From contig CAMMYO010000001.1 of assembly GCA_946527885.1 (NCBI GenBank), positions 578 through 64,577 on the forward strand: 64,000 nt of DNA. Direction: 5' to 3'. Below, one piece after another: positions 1 to 7,499 of this stretch. Made by a program: the position numbers and the translations under genes. The notes under the pieces were generated by a model. That model saw only the letters and a list, made by a program, of their open reading frames with translations. It did not search any database and was not told where the DNA came from. Numbering within the stretch: the first letter of the stretch is position 1; each line of letters begins with the position of its first letter. This DNA comes from an uncultured Candidatus Saccharibacteria bacterium. GTDB lineage: Bacteria; Patescibacteriota; Saccharimonadia; Saccharimonadales; Saccharimonadaceae.

Positions 1-263
1 CAGTTATTGACGGTCGGATAGTTGTAGCGCACGCTCGAGCCATTGATGCCGAGTTTACCTGCGCTGCCGATTTCGTGCAAAATTTCAGATACGCGCAATA
101 ATGAGCCGACTGGAACATTGGAGCTATTTAGGCTGGAGCCACCCCATTTGTTGGCTTCAATTAAAGCAACGCGGAGTCCTTCTTTTGCTGCGAGCAAAGC
201 TGCTTCGCTGCCGGCATCTCCGCTACCTAGTACTACTAAATCGTAATCATATCTGCGCAACAT
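1..263 (-). CDS. FAD/NAD(P)-binding pyridine nucleotide-disulfide oxidoreductase family protein, N-terminal fragment (gene continues left of window)
   Basis: Not in ORF track because it runs off the edge. Minus-strand translation from ATG (263-261): MLRRYDYDLVVLGSGDAGSEAALLAAKEGLRVALIEANKWGGSSLNSSNVPVGSLL. It has a GxGxxG Rossmann motif. The slot of the usual redox-active CxxxxC reads S-LNSS-N. Confidence 0.6.
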   Translation of the reverse strand, partial: MLRRYDYDLVVLGSGDAGSEAALLAAKEGLRVALIEANKWGGSSLNSSNVPVGSLLRVSEILHEIGSAGKLGINGSSVRYNYPTVNN

Positions 264-274
264 ATCTTTTATCT

Positions 275-529
275 CTATATTATTTTATCATGATTTTTGT
301 AAGCAAAAGCGACATCTGGAGCAATCTCCTTGAGCTCTTCGTAGAGAACTTTTCGCAAATCGGCCTCGGTCACAACGCTCTTGTCGGCAATCCAGCCATC
401 GGTGGCCTGCGCGGCACGTTCGGCGATTTGTTCGGCCCAGCCCTCTTCAATTCTTGCGCTTCGAGCGGCACGCAAGACGCTCTGCTTTATGCCTTCGCGA
501 TCATACTCGTAGGTTTTTCGTTTTCGCAT
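275..529 (-). CDS. small ATP-cone-like protein, function unknown
   Basis: 84-aa ORF. Pattern YEYDREGIKQSVLRAA...VTEADLRKVLYEELKEIAPDVAFAYKNH resembles an ATP-cone domain. Its ATG overlaps the TGA stop of the upstream gene (GTGATATG). Confidence 0.45.
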   Translation of the reverse strand: MRKRKTYEYDREGIKQSVLRAARSARIEEGWAEQIAERAAQATDGWIADKSVVTEADLRKVLYEELKEIAPDVAFAYKNHDKII

Positions 530-530
530 A

Positions 531-1220
531 TCACATTACCCAAAAAGCTAAAATAAACAATCCTAGCACCAAGAAGCCGGCGCCAGACGTCACCTGTGTG
601 AATCCTCTATTCTTTAGGCGCCACCTTTGCGCGGCAACCACGCTACTACCACTCTTGATGCGCAACTTCAAAACAAACATCGGCAAAACACTAAGCAACG
701 CATAGCCGAGCAGGGTAACTATCTGGTAATTCTCTGACATCTGTACGATTGCATTTCCGGCTACGATATAGAGCGCAATACTGATCGGCATTTCGGCGAA
801 CGCACTTAGCATTCCGAGCGAGAACGCACTGATATCGTCGTTAACTTCGCGAGATTTTTTGCGAATATAACGGACGAATGAGCGTGGCAACCATAACTCG
901 GTGCTACCTTGATTGCGATAATAGAGCGCCCACATCACAATGCTAGTTGCCAGTAACGCGCCGATTGTAATCAATAGCCAAGTAGTATTCATTTTGCCGA
1001 CGAAAATATGGCTAATAAAGTAACAGCAGGTGCCGACCGCAAGTAGATTGATTGCTCCGGCGCCCCAGATATAACTCTTGGCGAGATAGCGGGTCTTGCG
1101 GCGGCGGTGTTTGCCGAGGCTAGAATGGTACAACAAAATTAAGCCACCCAAATTAAGTTGCAGGGAAGCCTGAACTAGGCCTACTAGTGCAATTGTCGCG
1201 ATATTTAGTAAATCGCTCAT
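531..1220 (-). CDS. polytopic integral membrane protein, unknown function
   Basis: 229-aa ORF with about 6 hydrophobic helices and positively charged loops. Ends in TGA-T. Confidence 0.65.
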   Translation of the reverse strand: MSDLLNIATIALVGLVQASLQLNLGGLILLYHSSLGKHRRRKTRYLAKSYIWGAGAINLLAVGTCCYFISHIFVGKMNTTWLLITIGALLATSIVMWALYYRNQGSTELWLPRSFVRYIRKKSREVNDDISAFSLGMLSAFAEMPISIALYIVAGNAIVQMSENYQIVTLLGYALLSVLPMFVLKLRIKSGSSVVAAQRWRLKNRGFTQVTSGAGFLVLGLFILAFWVM

Positions 1221-1268
1221 GTCTTAATTTTAGCATATTTTACTTATGCTTGCCGAGACTTTTACGGG

Positions 1269-1277
1269 TGCTAGAAT
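1269..1277 (+). promoter_or_regulatory. extended -10 element (TGcTAGAAT) placed 6 nt before ATG 1284
   Basis: TG-c-TAGAAT at 1269-1277, then tggcgc, then ATG. Same geometry as about a dozen other genes in the window. Confidence 0.45.
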
Positions 1278-1283
1278 TGGCGC

Positions 1284-2765
1284 ATGAACTGTGTGCGAAT
1301 CCTAAAATTTGCTCTTTTGTGACTGTCAATTTTTGCAGCGGTCGCAATATTTCGTCCGAATTTTTGTGCCGCCGCAGAATATCATTTCGAAATTTACGCG
1401 ATTAATGCCGGTTTTAAAAATGCAAACGATTCGCAAAATTATGACTTTATCCAGATTCGGCGCCGCGGCGAAGCAGAGCTGTCGCTCGACGACTTAAGGA
1501 TAGTCTACAAAAATAGCTCAGGCAATCAGGCTGGCGAGTTTACTTTTCCACCTGGCGCAAAACTAAAACATGGTCTTTTGACGCTCGGTTTCTCGAAGAG
1601 TCCGCAATACGCGGACTACGTGGGTTCTGGCCTAACTTACTACTTTTCTTCGTCCGGGCTTGCCTCGACCGCTGGCGCCATCCAGCTTTATGAGAAAGAT
1701 GCTCTAATCGATGAGCTTTGCTGGGGGAAAGATTTTTGTGCGCAAAAATATCCCAAATTTAGCACTAGTGATACCGACAACTATTCTTTGCGCCGTTGTG
1801 ATGGGGAATGCGAGTCTGCCTTCGAGCAGCAAAAGTACTACCCAGAAATCGATCTTGCCGCAATCGAGCTAGCGCCTATAAAAGAAAACACCGTATCTTC
1901 GCCGTGCGAAAACTTGCGTATTACAGAAGTGCTTTCGTACTACCGACAGGCTGTGTCGGAGCAGTTTGTCGAGCTATATAATTCCGGCGCCGAATCGGTC
2001 GATTTATCGGGCTGCCGCATCGGCTATAAGAATAAACAGTATCCTCTCGACGGCGTACTCTTGTCGGGCAGTTACAAGGCTATTCGGTCCGCAGATTTAA
2101 CCCTGGTCAAAAATCCGAGCGTATATGCCGAGCTGAGTATCCTTGACGCGAGCGGAGAAATAGTTTCATCTATGAAATATTTACACGGACAACGCAAGCT
2201 GACCTCTTATGCGCTGTTCGATATTGGAACCGAACAGGAAAATTGAAGCCTCACTTTTGCGCCTACTCCAGGTGCGCCAAATCAATATCAAGAATTTCAA
2301 AGTTGCCCAAGCGGCAAAATTATCAACGAGCTAACCGGCAAATGCGTCAAAATTGTAGACGATGCCGAAACGGTCTGTCCGGAAGGGAAGTATTTGAATC
2401 TTGTGACCGGCCGCTGCAAAAAGATCGAAGAAGGAACGACTTCCGAATGCAAGGAGGGCTATTATCGTAATCCGGAAACCGGCCGCTGCAAGAAAGTTGT
2501 CGCCGCAAAAACCTTAACTCCGTGCGCGGAAGGTTATGAGCGTAACCCTGAGACCAATCGCTGTCGCAAGATTAGCACTAATGACGCCTCGCAATATTCT
2601 ATCGAAGAAGTCGAAAAACTAGATCCGTCTACAACAGAACAAAAGCAAGTGTTTATTGGCGGAATTGTACTACTGGTCATGGCGGGCATTTCGGTTATCT
2701 ATATTGTTTTTCAGTATCGCCAAGAAATCTCGAAGCTTTTTCGTAGATTCAAGAGACGCAGATGA
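1284..2765 (+). CDS. secreted/anchored surface protein: signal peptide, two lamin-tail (LTD) domains, four Cys-repeats and a C-terminal TM anchor. The frame is interrupted by in-frame TGA at 1320-1322 and 2244-2246 (readthrough/recoding or pseudogene).
   Basis: A single frame is open from ATG 1284 to TGA 2763 (followed directly by TAG) apart from the two TGAs. N-terminus is MNCVRILKFALL-X-LSIFAAVAIFRPNFCAAAEY. LTD signature is FVELYNSGAESVDLSGCRIGY. The junction reads DIGTEQEN-X-SLTFAPTPGAPN. Repeats are of the form CxEGYxRNPETGRCKK. The track shows only the fragments 1578-2246 and 2394-2765. Confidence 0.6.
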
Positions 2766-2777
2766 TAGAATAAATTC

Positions 2778-3272
2778 ATGAAGAAGCGCATCTTGGGTAT
2801 CGATCCGGGAACTGGTATCTGCGGTTTTGGGGTGGTAGATTTTATTACTCATAAATCGCCCCGCATGATTACGGCTGGCGTAATTACGACTCCTGCGCAT
2901 ACGCCGGTTGCCGATCGCTTACTGGATATCTATGACTCGCTGCATGAAATCATCGACGAAACTCAGCCGGACGAAGTTTCGATCGAAAAACTATTCTTTA
3001 ATCAAAATATTACTACCGGTATTACGGTTGCGGAGGCGCGCGGCGTTGTGATTTTGGTAGCGCGACAATACGATCTGCCCATTTTCGAATACACGCCTTT
3101 GCAAATCAAGCAAACCATGACTGGCTACGGTCGTGCAAAAAAGAAGGATATGCAGGAGGCGGTGCGCAAATACTTAAATATGGCAGAAGTTATCAAGCCG
3201 GACGATGCGGCCGACGCAGTGGCTGCCGCAATCACGCATGCACTGATGACTCGTGCGCAGTATTCGCTCTAA
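2778..3272 (+). CDS. ruvC: Holliday junction resolvase RuvC
   Basis: 164 aa. MKKRILGIDPGTGICGFGVV N-terminus, and adjacent to ruvA. Confidence 0.9.
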   Translation: MKKRILGIDPGTGICGFGVVDFITHKSPRMITAGVITTPAHTPVADRLLDIYDSLHEIIDETQPDEVSIEKLFFNQNITTGITVAEARGVVILVARQYDLPIFEYTPLQIKQTMTGYGRAKKKDMQEAVRKYLNMAEVIKPDDAADAVAAAITHALMTRAQYSL

Positions 3273-3312
3273 GCTCTAGCGCAAACAGAGAAAATAGCGC
3301 ATAATAACAGAT

Positions 3313-3894
3313 ATGATAGCGCATATAAAAGGCATCGTAGCGGAGAAATTCTCCAATTCGGTCATTATAGATGTAAACGGTGTGGGCTATGAGGTTGGTT
3401 TGACCTCGATTGATTTTGATAACTTAACTCTAAATGATGAAGTGAAAGTCTATACATATCATCATATTCGCGAACAGTCCGAGGAATTGTTTGGTTTTAC
3501 TTCGTTGGCGGGCAAAAAGATTTTTGAGCTTTTGATTTCTGTCCAAGGAATTGGTCCGAAGGCGGCAATGGCAATTTTGTCGCTGGCCCCTTACGAAGAA
3601 GTACGCAACGCGATTGCGAATGCTGATTCTGGCTTCATTTCGAAAGCATCCGGCGTCGGCAAAAAATCCGCCGAACGCGTAATTGTAGACTTAAAAGAGA
3701 AGGTCGGTTTGCCGACGTATTATGGTCGCAAGACTGAAACGGCGACGCCGACCGCGCCAATTAATGACGAGGCGCTCGATGCTCTAATGGCGCTCGGCTT
3801 TAATCTCGCCGAAGCTACGAAGGCTCTCGAGGGTGTCGATGTGGATTTGTCGGTCGAAGAGCGCATTCGCGCCGCCCTCAAGACGCGCGCTTAG
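3313..3894 (+). CDS. ruvA: Holliday junction DNA helicase subunit RuvA
   Basis: 193 aa. MIAHIKGIV...VNGVGYEV OB domain, HhH region GIGPKAAMAILS, C-terminal domain III. Confidence 0.9.
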   Translation: MIAHIKGIVAEKFSNSVIIDVNGVGYEVGLTSIDFDNLTLNDEVKVYTYHHIREQSEELFGFTSLAGKKIFELLISVQGIGPKAAMAILSLAPYEEVRNAIANADSGFISKASGVGKKSAERVIVDLKEKVGLPTYYGRKTETATPTAPINDEALDALMALGFNLAEATKALEGVDVDLSVEERIRAALKTRA

Positions 3895-3919
3895 TGCATG
3901 GACTAGTTATTGTTTGTGC

Positions 3920-3948
3920 TTGCATACGCGGAAATGCTTTGCTATAAT
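3920..3948 (+). promoter_or_regulatory. near-consensus sigma70-type promoter (TTGCAT-17-TATAAT) with no annotated gene downstream
   Basis: TTGCAT 3920-3925, exact 17-nt spacer, TATAAT 3943-3948. Confidence 0.55.
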
Positions 3949-4031
3949 TCAAAACATCGCTCTTACCGTTAATCGGTTTTTGGGGACAAAAGGTCGTTTA
4001 GAGCGTGTCATTAGTAAGCAGGAGAAAAACC

Positions 4032-4103
4032 ATGAAGAAGCGCAGCCGAAAGGGGGCGCTGCGAGTGGAGACATTTCGTTGGAATGATTACCTCGAAATG
4101 TAA
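4032..4103 (+). CDS. candidate 23-codon small ORF (MKKRSRKGALRVETFRWNDYLEM)
   Basis: AGGAG lies 7 nt upstream of the ATG. The ORF sits between the orphan promoter and a strong terminator. Too short for the ORF track, and it may instead be part of a small RNA. Confidence 0.3.
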   Translation: MKKRSRKGALRVETFRWNDYLEM

Positions 4104-4135
4104 AAAATATATCCCATTCCGGGATATATTTTTTA
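4102..4135. terminator. bidirectional intrinsic terminator
   Basis: A-tract, ATATATCCC / GGGATATAT stem (9 bp), then T-tract. Lies between the small ORF and the convergent DsbA-like gene. Confidence 0.7.
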
Positions 4136-4143
4136 GGCTTAAT

Positions 4144-4908
4144 TTATTCTTCGCTCGTTTCGGATTCTTCTTCCTCTAGGAAGTCGTAGTTGCCGCCCGT
4201 TTCAAGACCCGCTTCTTTGAGCTTTTCGTTGATCTTTTCTTCGATCTTTTCGCGCAATTCGTCTTGCGTTTCAGCCGAAGCTACATCGACTGCCTCGCCA
4301 TTGATGAAGAATGAAGGGGTGCCGGTAACTTTGCTGTTCTTGATGCCTAGGTTGTAGTCGAAATTGATTTTCTTCTCGATGCTCTTGTCGGTCAAATCTT
4401 TGCGGAATTTCTCAACATCGCCTTCCGGTGCAATTTCCTGGAATAATTCAGCGAACTTGTCCGTGCGTGTGCTACCGCTCAAAACATTCCAAGACGACTG
4501 ATTGCTATACAGCGTTTCGAGCATTTGCCAGAAATAGCCCTGGAAGCCTGCGCTTTCGACGGCGGAAGAAGCTGCGCGTGCATTTTGGTGGCCGCTAATA
4601 GGGAAGTTACGAAATACGAAAGCTACGCGATCGCCGTAAGCCTTTGTAAGGACGCTGATGCGAGGCATAACTGCGGCGCATCCTGGGCACTGCAAATCTG
4701 CGTATTCAATAAATACAACTTCCGAGTCGGCTTTACCGCGTACATGTTCGTCAATATCGCCAGTATATTCGCCGCCGTGGACGATTTTGTTCGCATCATA
4801 CTGACTATAGTCGATGACATCACCGGATTTTTGCAGGAAAGAACTGACGACTAGACCGCCGAATAAGAGAATTAAAACTGCTACTACTGCTATTGTGAAC
4901 TTATTCAT
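4144..4908 (-). CDS. membrane-anchored DsbA-like thiol:disulfide oxidoreductase (thioredoxin fold)
   Basis: 254 aa. N-terminal TM anchor, CPGC active-site motif (LQCPGCAAV), acidic C-terminal tail. Confidence 0.75.
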   Translation of the reverse strand: MNKFTIAVVAVLILLFGGLVVSSFLQKSGDVIDYSQYDANKIVHGGEYTGDIDEHVRGKADSEVVFIEYADLQCPGCAAVMPRISVLTKAYGDRVAFVFRNFPISGHQNARAASSAVESAGFQGYFWQMLETLYSNQSSWNVLSGSTRTDKFAELFQEIAPEGDVEKFRKDLTDKSIEKKINFDYNLGIKNSKVTGTPSFFINGEAVDVASAETQDELREKIEEKINEKLKEAGLETGGNYDFLEEEESETSEE

Positions 4909-4924
4909 GATAAAATTTTATCAT

Positions 4925-5575
4925 ATGGGACCGCTAATTTTTAGATTGATGACGCGGTTTACTGCGTGGTTGGACCCGAAGCTTGCGAAATACCGTCCGC
5001 CTAAAAAACCAGAGCCGCCATTTACGCCGAAAAACGAGCGGGATTTTCGTGCTGTTCTTAAGCGTACACCGAACAATATCTTGAGCGAGCCGCAAAAGGC
5101 ACAAATTTTGGCTGGTCTTGACGCGTATAATTTGCAAGTATTAGATATCATGTTGCCGCGCCGCAAGATGATGTTTGTGCATACGAAAGACGTGCTAGGC
5201 CCAGTTTTGCTTGACGAGCTGCATCGTTCCGGCGCCAAAATTTTCCCTGTCTTGGATAAAAATTCGCAAATTTGCGGCATGCTCAATCGCGATATTTTCG
5301 ACGTTAGCAAAATTGCCGAAGATAGCTCAGTGCTGAAGCATCTGGATGAGCGGGTTGTTTACGTGCGGACCGACTACTCGATTATGCTTGCGCTCGAAAC
5401 TTTACTGCGCAATTCGACCGACGTTTGTATTGTTATTGACGAAAAAATGCGCGTTCGTGGCTTTCTGACGCTTTCGACGATTCTTGGTCATATTTTGCCA
5501 AAGCTAAACGATGTGGCATCGGACGAGATTGACGACTCCGATGCGACCGCTGTCCTAGCGCGAAATCTCGACTAA
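4925..5575 (+). CDS. CBS-domain pair protein
   Basis: VLDIMLPRRKMMFVHTKD...IFPVLDKNSQICGMLNRD and VCIVIDEKMRVRGFLT are CBS repeats. The track start 4814 would overlap the divergent gene. ATG 4925 is preceded by TGaTAAAAT (4908-4916), so the exact start is uncertain (4907 or 4925). Confidence 0.65.
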   Translation: MGPLIFRLMTRFTAWLDPKLAKYRPPKKPEPPFTPKNERDFRAVLKRTPNNILSEPQKAQILAGLDAYNLQVLDIMLPRRKMMFVHTKDVLGPVLLDELHRSGAKIFPVLDKNSQICGMLNRDIFDVSKIAEDSSVLKHLDERVVYVRTDYSIMLALETLLRNSTDVCIVIDEKMRVRGFLTLSTILGHILPKLNDVASDEIDDSDATAVLARNLD

Positions 5576-5587
5576 TTATGTTATAAT

Positions 5588-6538
5588 ATGCTTATGCTGT
5601 GGGCAATCTTTCCGATTTCTGCGTCGGTGTTTTATTGTATCGGCTCATACATTCAGAATTACCTGACCGATCACGCTCTCCCGAAGAAACGCGCTGGCGC
5701 CTATATCGTTATGCATATTCCGTGCTATGTCGCGGCGATGATTTTGTTGCTCGCGTTATTTGGACGGGCGGTTTTTATGTTGCCGATTCCGAGCATTGTC
5801 GGGCTGTTGTTTGCCGGTGCGATTAATGTGGTCGGCTCGCTCTTTTTCTACAAGGCGCTACAGGCGGGCGATACTATAGATATTACGATTTTCAATCAAA
5901 CCAGTCCGCTCATATCGTTGCTCTTAGGCATGATTGTTCTCGGGAAGGGAATTACGGCTAATCAAGGCATTGGATTGGGGCTCATTATGGCGGCGGCGCT
6001 GATTATCGTGCTGTTTGACAAGAAAAAACGTAACTCGACTCCGAACCTCAAAGTTGCGGCCATTACGATCGTGCATGCTTTTTTCTCGATTCTTTCCGAT
6101 ATTGTTTATAAAAAATATATTGGCGACGGGACAGCAAACTTTACGCTCTTGGCGCAAGGATTTTTCTTCTTTGAATTAGGCTCGCTCATGTTTACGGCTT
6201 TCGTTTTGATTTTTTCGGAAAAAACGCGCAAAGCCATCAAAGTAACATTCTTCGGCGGAAAGAAGCATGGCTACAATTTATTTTTGAGTATGACTGACGC
6301 GCTGATGTATCTTTTAGCGGAAATACTGTACAAGATTGGTCTTATTATGGCGCCAATCGTAGCGATGGTGACTGCGGTTGGCAAGGCTGCTAGCTTGTTC
6401 GCCTCTTTCTTTATGAATATGGTTCTCGGCAAAATTTTCCCAAAGACTATCAGGGCGAAAAAGTTTACGCGTCGCATGCTTGTTCAGTATCTCTTTTCGG
6501 GCATTCTCATCATGATCGGCATCATCGTGATGAATTAG
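5588..6538 (+). CDS. EamA/DMT-superfamily transporter (10 TM)
   Basis: 316 aa with two five-helix halves and a GDTIDITIFNQTSPLISLLLG-type segment. TATAAT at 5582-5587 suggests a leaderless start at the second ATG (5594). Confidence 0.6.
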   Translation: MLMLWAIFPISASVFYCIGSYIQNYLTDHALPKKRAGAYIVMHIPCYVAAMILLLALFGRAVFMLPIPSIVGLLFAGAINVVGSLFFYKALQAGDTIDITIFNQTSPLISLLLGMIVLGKGITANQGIGLGLIMAAALIIVLFDKKKRNSTPNLKVAAITIVHAFFSILSDIVYKKYIGDGTANFTLLAQGFFFFELGSLMFTAFVLIFSEKTRKAIKVTFFGGKKHGYNLFLSMTDALMYLLAEILYKIGLIMAPIVAMVTAVGKAASLFASFFMNMVLGKIFPKTIRAKKFTRRMLVQYLFSGILIMIGIIVMN

Positions 6539-6543
6539 CACTC

Positions 6544-6572
6544 TTGACCCTGCGACTGCTAAATACTATAAT
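6544..6572 (+). promoter_or_regulatory. consensus promoter TTGACC-17-TATAAT, 7 nt upstream of the dnaJ-like ATG (leaderless geometry)
   Basis: TTGACC 6544-6549, 17-nt spacer, TATAAT 6567-6572, ATG 6580, no Shine-Dalgarno. Confidence 0.65.
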
Positions 6573-6579
6573 GTAATGC

Positions 6580-7473
6580 ATGAGTAAACGGGACTATTAT
6601 GAGGTTCTAGGCGTCTCTAAGGGCGCATCCGATGACGAAATAAAAAAGGCTTTTCGCAAGCTTGCTGTTAAATATCACCCAGATAAAAATCCGGGCAACA
6701 AGGAAGCAGAAGCGAAATTTAAAGAAGCAAACGAAGCCTATAGCGTTTTGAGCGACAAAACCAAGCGCGCACGCTACGACCAATTCGGTCATGCTGGTGT
6801 TGGTGGCGCTGGCTCGAGCGATGGCGGCAATCCGTTTGGCGCTTACGGCTTCAATGCCCAGAGCTTCAACTTTGACTTTGGCGGAGGTGGACTCGACGAC
6901 ATCTTGGGCAGCATTTTTGGCTTTGGTGGCGGCTTTCGTGGCGCACGTCGTGGTCGTGATTATCGCACTAGCACCACGATCGATTTCAAGGAAGCTATCT
7001 TTGGTGTTACGAAAAATATTTCCGTTGATGGCGAAGATGTAAAGTTGAAGATTCCTGCCGGTATCCATGACGGCCAGTCGATTCGCTTGACGGGTCGCGG
7101 CGGTCCTGCACCAGAGCAGGGTGGCGAACGTGGCGATTTGTATGTCGAAATTCGCGTTCGTGCCGATAAACACCTCACGCGCGAGGGTGACCTAATCCTG
7201 TCAGAAGTTACAATTACGATGGTCGAAGCGGCTCTTGGTACGGAAGTTGACGTTGAAACAGTCGACGGTACGATCACGATGAAAGTTCCTGCCGGTACGC
7301 AGCCGGGCACCAACTTCAAACTATCTGGTCACGGTGCGCCTCGTCTCGGCTCCGATGAGCGTGGTCCGCATATCGTTACGGTCTTGGTCGAAATTCCAAA
7401 GAATCTTTCGCGCAAGCAAAAAGAACTGCTTCAAGAATTTGATAATGCAAAGAAACGCGGTATCTTCCGTTAA
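6580..7473 (+). CDS. J-domain co-chaperone (DnaJ/CbpA family) lacking the Cys-rich zinc-finger domain
   Basis: J domain DYYEVLGV...KYHPDKN, G/F-rich linker, two C-terminal beta domains. No CxxCxGxG repeats. Confidence 0.85.
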   Translation: MSKRDYYEVLGVSKGASDDEIKKAFRKLAVKYHPDKNPGNKEAEAKFKEANEAYSVLSDKTKRARYDQFGHAGVGGAGSSDGGNPFGAYGFNAQSFNFDFGGGGLDDILGSIFGFGGGFRGARRGRDYRTSTTIDFKEAIFGVTKNISVDGEDVKLKIPAGIHDGQSIRLTGRGGPAPEQGGERGDLYVEIRVRADKHLTREGDLILSEVTITMVEAALGTEVDVETVDGTITMKVPAGTQPGTNFKLSGHGAPRLGSDERGPHIVTVLVEIPKNLSRKQKELLQEFDNAKKRGIFR

Positions 7474-7499
7474 AAAATCTCCCCGAGTGGGAGATTTTT
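7472..7499. terminator. bidirectional intrinsic terminator
   Basis: AAAAA-ATCTCCC-cgagt-GGGAGAT-TTTT between the convergent dnaJ-like gene and ruvB. Overlaps the ruvB stop codon. Confidence 0.7.

Noticed and set aside
3950-4135. SRP (4.5S) RNA or a known riboswitch in the orphan transcript
   Set aside because: There is a hairpin with a GAAA (GNRA-type) sequence at the 5' end of an ~11-nt loop (CGCAGC-CGAAAGGGGGC-GCTGCG). The flanking symmetric-loop signature of SRP domain IV (AGGUCAGG ... GGAAGCAGCC-like) is absent. I could not match the leader to any riboswitch consensus from memory. It stays an unassigned candidate rather than being given a name.
4814-4924. Longer N-terminal extensions offered by the ORF track (4814 for the CBS gene, 21071 for rsmA, 43141 for the PilX-like gene, 16188 for yebC, 51088 for femAB, 40283 and 31100 for cluster genes)
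   Set aside because: The extensions overlap neighbouring genes, lack ribosome-binding or promoter signals, and precede the conserved family N-termini. Internal ATGs with an SD or a -10 element at the right distance were preferred.
6607-7173. 188-aa and 119-aa minus-strand ORFs (6607-7173 and 6960-7319)
   Set aside because: They are antisense to the dnaJ-like gene. The open frames are caused by its G/F-rich, GC-biased codons.
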